Of a stretch of 64,000 bases of DNA, positions 44,790-62,522 are shown piece after piece. Below the pieces are notes generated by a model. It searched no databases, was not told the DNA's origin, and saw only the letters and a program-made list of their open reading frames with translations. The stretch comes from Eledone cirrhosa (lineage: Eukaryota), in NCBI GenBank assembly GCA_964016885.1, contig OZ024758.1, positions 19,034,001 through 19,098,000 on the forward strand. The letters run 5' to 3'. Position numbers and translations under genes: made by a program. The stretch's first letter is position 1. Every line of letters begins with the position of its first letter.

Positions 44790-45300
44790 AACGCATTGCA
44801 TCTACTTGGTGAAAGAAAGTGTCAATCACTTGTCTCTTGGGCCTGGATTCTATTTCAAACCTCTCGATGCTTTCTATGCAGAACACTTTGGAATTTAACC
44901 AAGAGTTACATGACTTCATGTTAAAACTCTTATTGTTTTGCTGCCATGAAATTTTGAGTTCTAATCTCGGAGGGTTCTTTAAAATATGTATATGTATCAC
45001 TAATGGAAAGATATGAATATTTAATTGATTCCTTGAAACTAGCAAGATATATGATCTGTGTCATTTGCGTGACCAACCATGTTCAAACCACTACTATTAT
45101 CAGTTGATTAGCATTATGCTTACTGTTGAAAATATTGAGCGTGTTTCTTGATGTGAATGAATTCAATGCGTAAAGCCAGTTTTCGCTGGAAAAAGAGCAA
45201 AATACCTCGGTACAAAACTCATACACAATCCCCACTAGTATAAGCCCAACCAGATACAAAATAAACCTACTCATACCGGACAAAGATCTCTCAGTATACA
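44790..45300 (-). mobile_element. Decayed GIY-YIG remnant (PLE-like)
   Basis: GIVYEFC upstream and [19 protein letters not shown] downstream resemble GIY-YIG N- and C-terminal motifs. Confidence 0.35.
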
Positions 45301-45644
45301 AAAATCAAAACAACATAAAAGGTATGATAATCTTTTTTATAGTCTTTATTAGCAAACGTGAAATGTAAATAGACTCTTTCCGGTCACAGAGAATGCATTT
45401 CAGTTTTAAAATCAGCCAAGCCCTCATGTCCTTTTCATTCTTTCAGGGTCGAAAATGAAAATACTTCCTTAGTACTGTTGCCGCCTTCTACCCTCCCAGC
45501 TGTCATCCTGAAAGCTATAATAGGTCAAGATATGATTGAGTGTATGGATGTCTGTTTTTGTCTTCAAGGCTGTATGGACACTTAAAACCTTTAGCGAAAG
45601 CATGGTACATATTTCCAAGTGACACGAAATTAAAAGTTACATCT

Positions 45645-45886
45645 GTAGTTGTAGTAGTAGTGGTGGTGGTCGTGGTGGTTTCAGTGGTGGTAGTAGTAGT
45701 AGTGGTGGTCGTGGTGGTTTCAGTGGGGTAGTATTAGTAGTGGTGGTAGTCGTATTTGTTGTAGTGGTGGTGGTTTCAGTGGTGGTAATTGTCGTTGCTG
45801 TAGCAGTAGCAGTAGTGGTGATAGTTGTAGTGGTGATGGTGGTGATAGTAATTGTGGTGGTGATAGTAGTAGTAGTAGTGGTAGTA
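45645..45886. repeat. (GTA/GTG)n degenerate trinucleotide repeat
   Basis: Direct sequence. Confidence 0.9.
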
Positions 45887-46105
45887 TTTGCTATTACTAT
45901 AATTACATATGTTTGTTATTGGATATGCGTATATTAAACTTGTTTGAATAGATAGAAAACCTCATTGAGTATCAGTGTTAATCAAATTGACAATCGTGTC
46001 AATTGAGAAATTGAAGAGGAACTGTTATGTACTGTTAACATTATGTTCTAGTGTATTCATCTTATTGTTTATATCCTTTAAATTAAACTATGTTTCGTTG
46101 TATAG

Positions 46106-46254
46106 GAAAGCTTTGTGTATTTATGGGGACAATTGACGTGAAGCTTCCATGTCCTTGCCTTTCTGAAAGGTATTATGTTGACACTGATTCCAAAATGGAG
46201 TGCATGCATATTACATCTAAATACACGGGGAATTACAACTCTCTATGTACCCAA
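46106..46254 (+). CDS. Candidate host coding exon (149 nt, phase 1-0): KLCVFMGTIDVKLPCPCLSERYYVDTDSKMECMHITSKYTGNYNSLCTQ
   Basis: TGTTTCGTTGTATAG acceptor, CAA|GTAAGC donor, open frame, phase-compatible with 11188-11265. Confidence 0.35.
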
Positions 46255-46726
46255 GTAAGCTATGTAAATTAGTTTGCCGTATCCCACTCTATTTTAGCCT
46301 GTTGTTCTCGTTTTAACCATTATTGACAGTTCTGTGTTACATATATATTTGAAGGAATCATCAACATTATGGCATCATATTTGCCCACTATAGTTGACTT
46401 TCACTACGATGTCAATATAACATATTGAAATCTATTAACGACAGTGTACCATGTCACGCCATCTAGCAATACCTCATGATGGTGTCGTATGTATGTCGTA
46501 TGTATGACGTACTCTGTATTCTAAGCATTTTTAATCCGGTGGGGTCCACTTCTTTCTAAGCCGGATCAACGTCGAATTTTCCAAAAATGAGAGACCTAGA
46601 GATCAGTGAATAAGATATATATAGAGGAATAATTTATATCCGTTGTTAAAGACTTCGAAAAAATAAAAGGCATATTTGAACTCAGAGGGCAAAGTTTGAA
46701 TTACATTTCGCTATGTTCAAATGTGA

Positions 46727-47055
46727 ACGCACGTGGTTAGAGCATTGGGTTTGCAAATGAGAGGTTGTAAGTTCGATTCTCGGACCGGGTGATGCGTTGT
46801 GTTCTTGAGCAAAACACTTTATTTCACGTTGCTCCAATTTTCTCCTGTTTAGAAATGAGTTACAACTTCACTGGTGCCAAGCTGTATCGGATATTATCTT
46901 TCTTTTGAACAACATCGGTGGCGTGGGGAGCGGAGACTGGTATGCATGAGCGACTACTGGTCTTCTACAAAACAAAACTTGCCCAGGCTTGTGTCTCGGA
47001 GGGAAACTTCCTAGGTTCAAAACCATGGTTATTTATGCCCTCGTGGGTTCTTTAG
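46727..47055 (+). mobile_element. Second tRNA-derived SINE family (V/CORE-like TGTGTTCTTGAGCAAAACACTT box)
   Basis: GTGGTTAGAGCATTGG..GTTCGATTC head; partial second copy 57135-57222. Confidence 0.75.
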
Positions 47056-48087
47056 ATATGTTCAAATGATTCTGCTAATCCATCGTCTCATAAATACTCT
47101 TCCAATGTTCAAATATTGACCCAAATAGAAATAGATTGAAGCCGATTTTCAGATCAACCCAAGCACATTCTGCTTCCATTGGTCTTTCAATTGTTTGTAT
47201 TATCTCTCGAGTGTGACTCCTGGCCAAAACGTCACAACTTTTCAGGTGATGGGATGCGGAATTTGAACACAGCCGAAATACATACTACAACGCATTCCAT
47301 CCGGCGTTTTAACAATTTTTGCAGACATCTCATACATAGACAGAAATACAAAAGAATCCTACAAAGCCATGATTGTCGGATATGCAGAAATAGATAAGCT
47401 GAAGTGACCATGACAATGTCTGCAGCCGTAGTGATAGTTGTAGGGATTACAGCTTTATAGTTGTTACATCTATAGACTGGGTAGAAAGAAATGTCACAAC
47501 AAGCCATTTCACTAGCAGTATCAGTATAAGCTGATAATACAATGCAAATGATATCAATAATATTAGATGTAAAATTACATTAAGATCAGTGGCTGCTATA
47601 AAACCAGTAACCATAGTAGTCATAATAAAAATATGGAATGAAGTAAAATACGTAGTCTCAGAACTATGGAACGTGGACAAGGAATATACGAACACCAAAC
47701 TCATGAATATCAAATAACAACAATAGCAAAACCATCAACAATATATATTATGCATTAAAGTACTCGATAACACCTCTTCGCATTCATGGTGTGTCTCAGG
47801 TTTCTAAATTTCTTGCTGTTTATGCTAAACTATCCTATCTTCCCTGAAGCGTCCTTGAATTCATGCCACTAATGTTTATATGCCAAGTATCAACCTAAGA
47901 ACTTCTTGTAGAATTATTTGCGGGATTCGTTCTGGGTCTCTACTTTCCTACTAATAATCCCGCCAAGGTCCAGTCTTACCTATCATAATTTTGAGTTCAG
48001 TAAATTAAGTATTAGTACTGAGATGTATCAGTAAATTAAGTATCTTGTACTGAGTACTAAAGTAAATTAAGTATCTAGTACTGAGAT

Positions 48088-48196
<109 letters not shown>

Positions 48197-49194
48197 TCTC
48201 TCTCTCCCTATCATTATGTCTATGTATCACCCCTCTCTCTCTCTCTGAAAGAAATTAGTGTTCAGACGTAGAGAAGGTTATGCTCCACCAGGTTATAAAT
48301 GTCTGAAACATACCGCATGAAAATATGGCTCACCTACAACGTCAGCAGCGCTGATTTGCTATAGATTTCAAGAACACTACATGCATCGAAATCTCCAGTC
48401 AGAGAGTGTCACCTGAGTTCATAGGCACTGCATTCCTCCTACAACTAAAAAACAATACAAAATACTATTTAGCTACAGTAGTCTGGTTGATATCATTGTC
48501 TAAATCGTTGTCAGAGTCAACTGAAATAGTATTTGCAGTACAAGCTGCAACAACTAATATGATATTGATTTCTCATATTCTTATGAAAGAAAAAACCTGT
48601 ATCAGTAGAAAGGGTGTACATTCTACTAAGTCAACCCTATGATAAGTCTAATATTTACTTTATTGTCTATGGAGGGATTACCGATAAACACACACATAGG
48701 TACACACATATCCTACACTCACCACAAGGAACATATGTAAATACTATAACACATTTCGTCTGGCACAATACTGATTACAGTTCCGACTGACCACAGCCGT
48801 AAAGAAGCCATACAAATAGTTTTCTAGCTTAAGCATAAAGGCTAAACCGGCGCTAACATTGAGGTCATCTGGACAGCCGTATAGGAAACTTATATTAGAA
48901 AAACACGTTACTGGCCTTACATGTTTCATGCAAATGTATATAATTACATTAAATATGTAAAAAATATCCTTTATATATATATCGAGGGCGACCGGCTAAG
49001 GTAGAGGGTGCAAGATAGCGGTCACCCTCGGGTCCTCGATTTTCAGCCCCATGGATTTGATCTATTACATTCACGTATTAAATTTCGACTACCTGATGAT
49101 ATCACCGGATTCATACGGAACCCGGTCATTGATATGGTCATAGTATAATAAACCTTTAAAGGATTTACACAAATCCAGCCTCCTGTCATTTCAT

Positions 49195-49307
<113 letters not shown>

Positions 49308-49371
49308 GGTAAACAGAAATAAGAACACAATCAGTACAGTATATGGAAGGAACATATTAGGATAAAGAAGA

Positions 49372-49407
49372 TCTTAACGTTTCGGACGCTAGTCCCTCAT
49401 CAGAAGA
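49372..49407 (-). ncRNA. Minimal type I hammerhead ribozyme (PLE-type, palindromic AACGTT)
   Basis: Minus strand: TCTT-CTGATGA-GGGACtagcGTCC-GAAA-CG-TT-AAGA; at the 3' end of minus-strand island 49303-49805. Confidence 0.8.
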
Positions 49408-49803
49408 AAGAGGAGAAATTAGATAGATTGAAGGGACAGGCGGGGTGAGCAGTGGTGTAATCGGAAAACATGTTTTTATAGAAAAATAACGTACCATATC
49501 GTGCAATATATTCTGTGCTATTTAAAATCCTAAGTCTTATTTTCTTGTATTGTTATGAATTCAATTTGCTCTCAATTGTTTTACGCTATATTCTGTTGTC
49601 TCTTATGTTGTCCTTCTGTCGTGGATTTCTCAAGTCTCCATCGAACCTAGGCTCTCTTTTACGTATTGCCATCCAAATGTACGAAATTCCATTACCCAAT
49701 GTGTGGCTGAAGAGCGAGACAGTTGCGTTTTTTGTTCGTCATACTTATTTTGATTTTCTATTATTCCATGAGAGAGTGGGACGAAAAGTAACACAGGATG
49801 AGC

Positions 49804-49876
<73 letters not shown>

Positions 49877-50424
49877 AGAGCGAGAGAGATTTACCTAGAA
49901 GTAGGTGCCGCTCCCATTTTCACCAGTACGTCGACCTCCATAATGATAACAATCACTAAACACAAACATCTACCTACCAAACCACTGACACTATTACAAT
50001 TCCGATAATCACTGCTACTATTGTCAGCAACCACTATTGTACTACTAACGGTTACTAATAGCAATGACCATTACTAAGAAACGAACAACCTCAAACCACA
50101 AAGAGCAAGCCACAATTATCACCACAACCATTAACATAACCAATCACCACACCTGCATTTTATCAATGCCAGTAAGCTGCTAATTGCAATCCCTAACAAC
50201 ATAGTAACCACACGGAAATCACCATCAACCACGACACCACACCACTCTTCACCACATCACCCCATACTCCACCACACCCCGATCTCCCACATCTTTAAAA
50301 TAATGAACAATATAATTAGTACAAATAATACAAAAATACCAATCCAACAAGTGCAGGATCATCTTTACACACCCCCACATCATGAACCAGCAGCACACAC
50401 ACACGTACACACATGCGCAAACAA

Positions 50425-50556
<132 letters not shown>

Positions 50557-50775
50557 GTAAAAATGATAATAATGGAGCTGCGGCGTTGCAAATGGGTTAC
50601 ATATGAAAAAGTAAGTCCTTCGTCAGTGGCCTTCCAACCGTCCTAGGCATTTCATCACTTTAAAGGCGATATACCTCAGGTTGGTGCGAACAACGGCTAA
50701 AAAAAGTCGTTGGGACACGTAAATAAAGGGGACGCTGGTGTGAACAAACAAAATGGTTTAAGCAACAGAAAGTTA

Positions 50776-50855
<80 letters not shown>

Positions 50856-51489
50856 CACACAATCAAAACCAATAACAGTAAACTCGCCAAGAACGTCAAC
50901 CGTGCAAACGTCAACAATAACAATATTATCATCACCGAAGTCAACATGCGATCAACATAAATTACAATAACATGAACATTGTTACAACAATCACAATCAA
51001 CTACACTACAATTACCACCAACAAGACTACAATCTCCACAAACAACGCCACAGTCACTACCAATTCAACCACCACTGAAAAAAAACAAAAACACAGTAAT
51101 TGCCACCTACGACTTCACAAACAAAACCGCCAGCATCCAAAAACTTCCAACACCATCAATACCATTGATACCACAATCATCACCAACACCACTACCAACA
51201 ACACCCCCGATCAGAAGTAACTCGTTCAACACATGTTGACCTACCAAAAGGACTTTGGTTTCTAACGAATGTCTTCGTTGCTTTAGTTGTTCCTGTGAAG
51301 CTAAGTATATTGCGATGCAGATGTTGGATAAATCTAATTGACTATTCTATAAAATTGAATGCAAATTTAACTTCCTGTCTCCACATGGTCTTCTGGCGTC
51401 AGTATATGTATAACTTATGCTTAAGAATTAAAGAAAATAAAATGCACTGGCAAAAGTATTGTTGCAAGTTAGAAATGGTCTTTCAACAC

Positions 51490-52400
51490 GAAATAAATTA
51501 CCTAGTGCATTACTAGTACTTTATTTCATCGATCCGGCAAGGATGATAGGCAAAGTTATCTTTGATGGGATTTGAACTCAGAACGTAACTATAATAGAAA
51601 GCATGACCCTCTACCGACACTGCCAATCCCAATCCTTACTTCCAGATAGACATGCACACATATGTAGAAACAGAGAGATATCGAATGGGAGAGAGAGAGA
51701 GATACAGTGTGCTTAGTTTGTGTAGCTGATTGTAACATAATTGTTTCTACTTTAGGCAAAATGCCAGCAATTCATCAGTACATTACTAGTACTTTATTTT
51801 ATCAACCCCTTAAGGATGAAAGGCAAAGTTAACCTCGGCGGGATTTGAACTAAGACTGTAAAGGGACGTAACAATGCTAGAAAGCATGGCGTCCAACCCT
51901 CTAACGATTATGCCACATATTGTCAGACTAACTTATGAGGTGAGATAATGTTGGTGTCACTAAAATTGATTTTAATTAAGTTTATGACAGAGGGATTTAG
52001 AAATATCTATAAAGTTCTAGAAATCTAGAAAGTATTGAGCTGAAGATTATCTCATTTTATCTGAGTGACAGAGGGATATAATAAGCGTGAGACAGAGTGG
52101 GAACACAATATCATTTGTGCGTGAAAAGGTAATAAATATTGGAGAAAGTGTGGAAGAAATATTTGGTATCGATCCGAAATATTCAATAAAGGTTTCTGAT
52201 TACAGCACAAGGCCAATAATTTCGGAAGGGGAGAATTTTGCTTCAAATGATCCAGTGTGGTACTGGCAAGGGTTTTACTTAATCCATCCCATAAGGATGT
52301 AGTGAAATGACAGCCCCGATGAGGTTTTATCAAAGAACTTATTGGGGAGTAAATTTTTACCAAAAAGCATGTTGTCCGACGTTCTGCTGTTACTGTCAAA
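51490..52400 (-). mobile_element. Three diverged tRNA-SINE copies (51490-51630, 51738-51915, 52190-52400)
   Basis: Family motifs GGATGAAAGGCAAAGTTAACCTCGGCGGGATTTGAAC, with varying decay. Confidence 0.75.
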
Positions 52401-52418
52401 AAGACAAAAATATGGTCA

Positions 52419-52449
<31 letters not shown>

Positions 52450-52792
52450 TGTTGTGTTGGTGGGTATGTTGTTCAAGGTGGTCAACTTCCTTCGCATATG
52501 CGCCTGCGCAAAGCCGTTGAGTTGAATTGGGGCTCACAAGGGAACGGGCTAAGGCTTCACGAACATCACCTTTTTCCGTTCCCTTGTCGTTTTAATTTCG
52601 ATTGCCTTGAGAACGTAACCTTATTGTGTAAGAATCTGTTTGATGAGTTCATGGTACCGGAAAGGCGCAATCCCGTGGCCATTGCCGTCATTGAAATATG
52701 TATCACAACGTTGTCAATTAAGGACTTTAACATCTGAAACTATTTCGCATTCTCTCCCTCTTTCTCTCAAGCGTTCTCTCTCTTTCTCTCTC

Positions 52793-52885
<93 letters not shown>

Positions 52886-53001
52886 GTAGAGCACTGGAGG
52901 GTAATATCCGTAGTAGTAGAGCACTCAAGTCCATGGGGCGGGCTGAAGGTAAAACTTGTGTTCCCGGTATGGTGAACTGGGAGTTTACCGCTCTGTCATT
53001 G

Positions 53002-53051
<50 letters not shown>

Positions 53052-53052
53052 G

Positions 53053-53241
53053 TAATTGTTTCTACTTTAGGCACAAGGCCAGCAATTACCCAGTTCATTA
53101 CTGGTACTTTATTTTATCGACCCCGTAAGGATGAAAGGCAAAGTCAACCTCGGCGGGATTTGAACTCAGATCGTAAAGGGACGTAACTATGCTGGAAAGC
53201 ATGGCGTCCGACCCTCTACCGATACTGACAATCCACTGCCC
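53053..53241 (-). mobile_element. tRNA-derived SINE, full length
   Basis: Family consensus. Confidence 0.92.
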
Positions 53242-53517
53242 TTCTATATATATATATAGTAATAATAATAAATTTGCAGACTAAAATCCAAAGAGGGCTC
53301 GATAAGGATAAATATATATCAAATATATATACTTAAAGAAATAAGAGTAACATGGTTGGTTGTACAATAAGGGCTTGATTCAAAGTGCTGAATATTGTTT
53401 CGTTGATCTGGTGCGTCTAGAGTTCGCTAATGGCTTGATGCTGCGTCAATCGACCTCCAATACGTTGTTTACTGACTACCTCTAATTGGATCACCTATAA
53501 CGATAACTTGTTACCCC

Positions 53518-53551
<34 letters not shown>

Positions 53552-53610
53552 GTGTGCTCTCTCGCTACTCACACACTTACACACAATCACATCCAATATA
53601 TCTTAGTACG

Positions 53611-53792
53611 TTGGCAGTATCGGTAGAGGGTCGGACGCCATATTTGACGCATAGAGTTACGGCCCTTGCCATTCTGAGTTCAAATCCAGCCGAGGTTAAC
53701 TTTGCCTTTCATCCTTACGGGGTCGATAAAATAAAGTACCAGTAATGTACTGGGTAATTGCTGGCCTTGTGCCAATAGTAGAAACAATTATT
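53611..53792 (+). mobile_element. tRNA-derived SINE, near full length
   Basis: Family consensus; inverted relative to the 53053 copy. Confidence 0.92.
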
Positions 53793-54560
53793 GCCAGAAA
53801 GTTACTTTCAAACTAATATTCCTTCACTCAGCCGTCAATTTATTATAGTCATTAAACATTAGCTTAGACGCAATGTGGAGTCCCAGACAGACCGAAACTG
53901 TGTGAGGGGTATAGAGAGGAGAAAATAGAGAATGATATGCGCAGTAAACTATACCATAGTATTGTGTGGTATAATATGGTCCCGGAGTTGTTGATGGGTT
54001 TAGGGACGCCCTATTGACATACAGTGTTTCTTAGTCACCATATACACTTGAATAAATCATTTGACAACAGAAACAGTTTACAGAATTGACTGCGAAAATT
54101 TAGCCACTTTTTTCCAACTCAAGAAATTGTATTCTCCATTTCATTCACCTGTTGTTAAGATACGTGTTAGTAGGTGTAGCTTACTCTAGACAAAATGAAG
54201 TAGCTGTAGTTATTACCCGTTGAATTCTAGAGGTTTCCTTTAACTTCCGGTCTAGGGTTTATAAAGGAGGGAGAAAAGAGACATCTTGCCATATTTGGCG
54301 ACCGGCTCTCGGACAATTCACTCATGAGCGAGTTTGTTAATCTTATTATATCTGTAACGAATTAAATTTGTGGTTGGCCTGCAGTGGTGTTTACCAAAAT
54401 AAATAACCATGTGACCAGCTTCACTAAAGTGGTGACCCCGACGTCATTCGAACACACATCCTTTGGAATGAATAAAAAAAGTACACTTAATCTTTAAATT
54501 CCTGCACAAAAAACTTCCATTCATTCGACACACACACACACACACACTTATATATAAATG

Positions 54561-54592
<32 letters not shown>

Positions 54593-54699
54593 TAGATAAC
54601 TTTCTATTTAGAGAGAGATATATAGATAGATGCATACACATATATATGCATATTTATATATGTATATATTTATCTAAATATATGTGTTTATCTCTCTTC

Positions 54700-54776
<77 letters not shown>

Positions 54777-54777
54777 A

Positions 54778-54968
54778 ACAATAATAAATTTGATGACTAT
54801 ATATATATATATATAAATAATAATAAATTTCATGACTATATATATATATATATATATATAGTAATAATAAATTTGATCACTATATATATATATATATATA
54901 TATAAATAATAATATATTTGATGACTATATATATATATATATATAGTAATAATAAATTTGATCATTAT
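54778..54968. repeat. Multimer of the family A terminal ~20-mer interleaved with (TA)n
   Basis: AATAATAAATTTGATGACTA-like unit x5; matches element terminus TAATAATAAATTTGAAGACTA (40060, 53260). Confidence 0.75.
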
Positions 54969-54977
54969 ATATATATA

Positions 54978-55166
54978 TGGGAGTGGATTGGCAGTATCGG
55001 TAGAGGGTCAGACACCATGCTTTCCAGCATAGTTACGTCCCTTTACGATCTGAGTTCAAATCCCGCCGAGGTTGACTATGCCTTTCATCCTTACGGGGTC
55101 GATAAAATAAAGTACCAGTAATGCACTGGATAATTGCTGGCCTTGTGCCTAAAGTAGAAACAATTA
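54978..55166 (+). mobile_element. tRNA-derived SINE, full length
   Basis: A box, B box, core and tail all present. Confidence 0.92.
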
Positions 55167-55179
55167 TATATATATATAT

Positions 55180-56545
55180 AATAAACAATTGAACGCGAAC
55201 AAAACAGAGAGGCAGTACCAACAAAGGTTTATTAGTTTCACACTCTTGAGAGTGGGGTGGTGGTGGGGAACGACGTTTCGGGCATAAGCCTTTCTTCAGT
55301 TGAAAAGTGTATGGGAAGAGAGTTCCAACGGTGTGTAGGGTGGAGAGACATATAGAAAAAAGGGGGTGAGAGGAAACGGTACAAATGAAATTAAATATAA
55401 AGGCATGATCAAAATAAAATTAAAAATACACATGGAGTAAAACAGGTGGTGGAAGGGTGTGGGACGTGTAGGGGTGGTGGCGGGTGGAGTGGGGAGAGGG
55501 AGACGGGGTGTCCGAGCGGGGAGGGCTGAAGGTGGTGTGTGTGTGTAGGTGTACGTTTGTGTGTAAGTGTACGTTTGTGTGTGTGTGTGTGTATGTGAAA
55601 GTAACAGTTGGGGGAAGAACGGTGTTGCATGTTCAAGAAGAGGTGTATGTGGGGTGGGGTTTAGGTCGGAGTGTGTGTGCGTGTGTGGATAGAGGGGTGG
55701 GGGAAAGTATTCCGGAGGCTGAATGTGTAAATATGTGGTGGTACGCAAGTGTGTGTGTGGTGTTTGTGCGTGTTGTGGATGTAGGTGGCGTCTGGGGAAA
55801 CAAATTGTTTGGGGTGTATGTCCGAGGTTGAGTCATAAGGTAATTCTGTAAAAAGATGTGGTGGAATGCTGAGTAATATCCTTGGGATGTGGTTGATTCT
55901 CGGGATCAATGTTCACATATGTGTAATCCGTGAAGAGATTGGTCGGAAGAGGGGGAGATGTGGGGTGCGCGCGCAACAGTAAGTGGTCAGAGGGTCAAGG
56001 CAGGAGGAGGGTTGTGAGTCTGTGTGTGCGGGGAGGTGGTCAGAGAGGCAGAGCAGCAGTAGGGTAGAATGGTAAGTGAAGAAAGTCGGTGTGTCAATGT
56101 GTGCGGAGGTGCGGTGGAAAGAGGAGAGGATGGGTAGGTGTGAAAGTTGGAGTGAGGAGGGGGGTGTATTAGTAGAGGTGTTACTGGAATGTGTGTGTGT
56201 TTGAGAAAGGGTGTGGGTGGAGCGGGTCGAGAAGAATGTGGGGGCCGATGGAGGAGTGTAGTGTGTGCGTGTTTGGATGAGTGTGTATGTGGTGAAGGGG
56301 ATGCTAGTGGGTGTTAGTATACTGGAGGTGGAGAAAGGGTTGAATGCGGGTGTGAGTGGGGGGTCAGTGGTGGTAGATGTGTGGAGTGGGTGGTGTAAGA
56401 GGGTGTGTGTGTTCGTGTGCGTAGGGTTGGGGTGTTAGTGATGTTAGTTGGGTGTAGAGTGGGTGGTGTAAGTGGGTGTGTGTGGGTTCGTGTGCTTGGG
56501 GTCGGGGGTGATAGTGATGTTAGTTGCGGCGTGGTGGGGTGGATT
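55180..56545 (-). mobile_element. Decayed PLE 3' region with terminal hammerhead-like motif (55269-55302)
   Basis: Minus strand CTGAAGA-aaGGCttatGCCc-GAAA-CG-TC; upstream peptides VARAPHISPSSDQSLHGLHI and QNYLMTQPRTYTPNNL resemble GIY-YIG C-terminal VARHF..H / E.YWI..L.T..P.GLN; terminus repeated at 62063-62170; strong G/T skew. Confidence 0.5.
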
Positions 56546-56576
56546 TATATATATATATATACTCATGTGTGTGTTT

Positions 56577-56623
<47 letters not shown>

Positions 56624-56673
56624 CAGGAAGATATTAGTGAGTGTATGTACCAACACACACACGCAGTCACACG

Positions 56674-56744
<71 letters not shown>

Positions 56745-57064
56745 ATCAAGCATGCTGAGAGTATATTACGTCAACTATTGTTACTACCACATAACAATAA
56801 CTTGTTTGAGTCTAATATTCTATCAGTCACCAGTCTATTTATTTATCTCTCTATCTCGGTCCCATCTCCGATGTTGTTATTCTGCGCACTGAGAAACTTA
56901 CACTCAGTTAGCTTGGCCGATCGATACGACGTTATTCCCAAGCTGAAAACTCGTTTATGTCTGTATGTGTGTTTGTGGTCGTTGGTTGTTGTTCTATCTG
57001 TTTGTGCCTATGTATGGTACTAATCGTTCTTGTTAGAACGTATGTACATGTGTGTAGTGTGTGC

Positions 57065-57129
<65 letters not shown>

Positions 57130-57335
57130 TATACACAATCGTGATTTGTGAGTTGTGAGTTCGATTCCTGGACCGGGCGATGCGTTATTTCCTTGAGCAA
57201 GAAACTTTATTTCACGTTGATCCTACTACTTGGAGTTGTGACGGAGACTATTAGCAATTGGAAACACCCACGGAAACATTGTTTCCTCGTGCGATTTGAC
57301 GAAAGTTGATCGACTCTCGAGATATATGTATATAC

Positions 57336-57370
<35 letters not shown>

Positions 57371-57379
57371 CGTGTTTAT

Positions 57380-59966
<2,587 letters not shown>

Positions 59967-60090
59967 GAGCTTATATTTAATTTCTTGTGATTCAACAAGG
60001 TTAAATATGTTGTAAGTTATATAAAGCACTCAACAATTTAAGGGAGTAAATATTCCATATATTAATATATAAATATATTGTATATATACA

Positions 60091-60163
<73 letters not shown>

Positions 60164-60792
60164 AATTTGTTGTTTGAAATAAATATATATATGTGTGGAT
60201 GCTCTTTTATTGAATATTTGTGTGACTGTGTATTATTGTGTGTCAGTATATATGGTGTTTGGCACTTGTTAGTTTGAGCGTGAACTGTGGTTGAAATGCC
60301 TAGCAGACCTGCAAACTGTTCTACCACACACTACAGAGACTAAACTACTGGAGACTGACTGAATCAATGAATACGGCAATAATATAATGATACATTATAG
60401 GTGGGTATTGCTTACATACATATACATAAATATATATACATATGCATATATATATATGCATACATATATGTAATTACTCATATATACATTCATGCACACT
60501 TAAATACAAAAATATGATGATATACTATAGTCGGGTATTACTTGCAGACTATATACATGAACACATACACATATGCAAATATATATATATGCATATATAT
60601 ATACATATAGTCAATACATAGATTCATGCCCATATGCAAACCCGTATACATACGTACATGAATTCATACTTACAAAAATACTAAATATACACACATTAAT
60701 ATATACTTCCACAAAAGTAGACAAACACGCACGCACGCACTCACATACAAACACACACACATATCTATATATTCTCTCTCTCTCTCTCTCTG

Positions 60793-60845
<53 letters not shown>

Positions 60846-60978
60846 GTATATATATATATATACATACAAAGGTACAACACTGGAAGAGCACTCAATCCAT
60901 GGGACGAGTTTCGTAGAAGTATTAACACAACAGTTGTGAAACAATTCTTCTCAGTATGGTGAACTAACTGTTGTTACT

Positions 60979-61048
<70 letters not shown>

Positions 61049-61067
61049 ATCTCTCTCTCTCTCCCCC

Positions 61068-61099
<32 letters not shown>

Positions 61100-61102
61100 C
61101 TA

Positions 61103-61190
<88 letters not shown>

Positions 61191-61456
61191 CGTGTGTCTG
61201 CGTGTGTCTGTGGCTGTACATATGTGTATATATCCATCTATCTATATATGTTTATAAAGTTTTATAGTAATACTAATCGTTGTGAGACATCAGTCATATA
61301 TACATGAGGATACCCGGTATTTGTTGTTGAAGGGGCAAGTGCCCTCCCTTTGGACTCTGATACTCTAATATATTTACAAACTATCCCAAGTATAGAGTCC
61401 TCTGCTAAATTATGGTCTTTCTATTTCAAAGGGGATACATTTTCATAAATATACTT

Positions 61457-61501
<45 letters not shown>

Positions 61502-61859
61502 CTGTATATATAAATGTAGGTGTGTGTGAGTGGGTGTATCGGACCATTCTCATGTTCTTTTGTGCTCATAACGTTTTCGATCACGGCATCTCCTTCATTT
61601 GGATCAATTGTTTCTATTAAACCCACTACTTATAATATCGATTTGGGTGATCGTGGGGAGGGAGTACTATACGAGATTGAACTGTGACGGATTAGCAATC
61701 ACAACAGGAAAGGGCGGGAAAAAGACAAACAGGTATGTTTATTAACATTCTACGGATTATTATTTCCCCCACCCCACGTTTATTGTTTCTGTCCGTCCCT
61801 TTGTTGTATCTTGCTCAATCACACACACAGACAGACGCACGCACGCACGCCGCGCGCCC

Positions 61860-61946
<87 letters not shown>

Positions 61947-62170
61947 CAGTCATAACAAAATGTGAAAAAGGACTAAAAGTGTGAAAGCAGCGATTTTTCC
62001 TTTAACTTTAATCTGTTATTTTAATATATATATATATAAATACAAACACACATATATATATATACCACCACCTCACTCTCAAGAGCGAAGAGCGTGAAAC
62101 TAATAAACCTTTGTTCGTACTGCCTCTCTGTTTTGTTCTATATATTTGTTCGTACAGCCTCTCAATTTTT

Positions 62171-62236
<66 letters not shown>

Positions 62237-62237
62237 G

Positions 62238-62285
<48 letters not shown>

Positions 62286-62381
62286 CATGTGTGTTTATAT
62301 ATATAATTAGTAGCCACAATGACTATTTCTACTAAATCTTCCTATGGACAGTGTGCTTTAAATCCTTGGATAAAATATTTA

Positions 62382-62425
<44 letters not shown>

Positions 62426-62487
62426 CGCACACATATATACACATATATATGTGTGTAAGCGTGTATCTATATGTATTTGTCTACGTG

Positions 62488-62522
<35 letters not shown>

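Noticed and set aside
49086-49145. CTGATGA...GGAACCCGGTC hammerhead-like string
   Set aside because: GAAA altered and stem I/II pairing not convincing; at most a decayed copy
60895-60960. Minus-strand CTGAGAA...GAAACTCGTC
   Set aside because: C3-A8 mismatch and poor stem I; too degenerate to call
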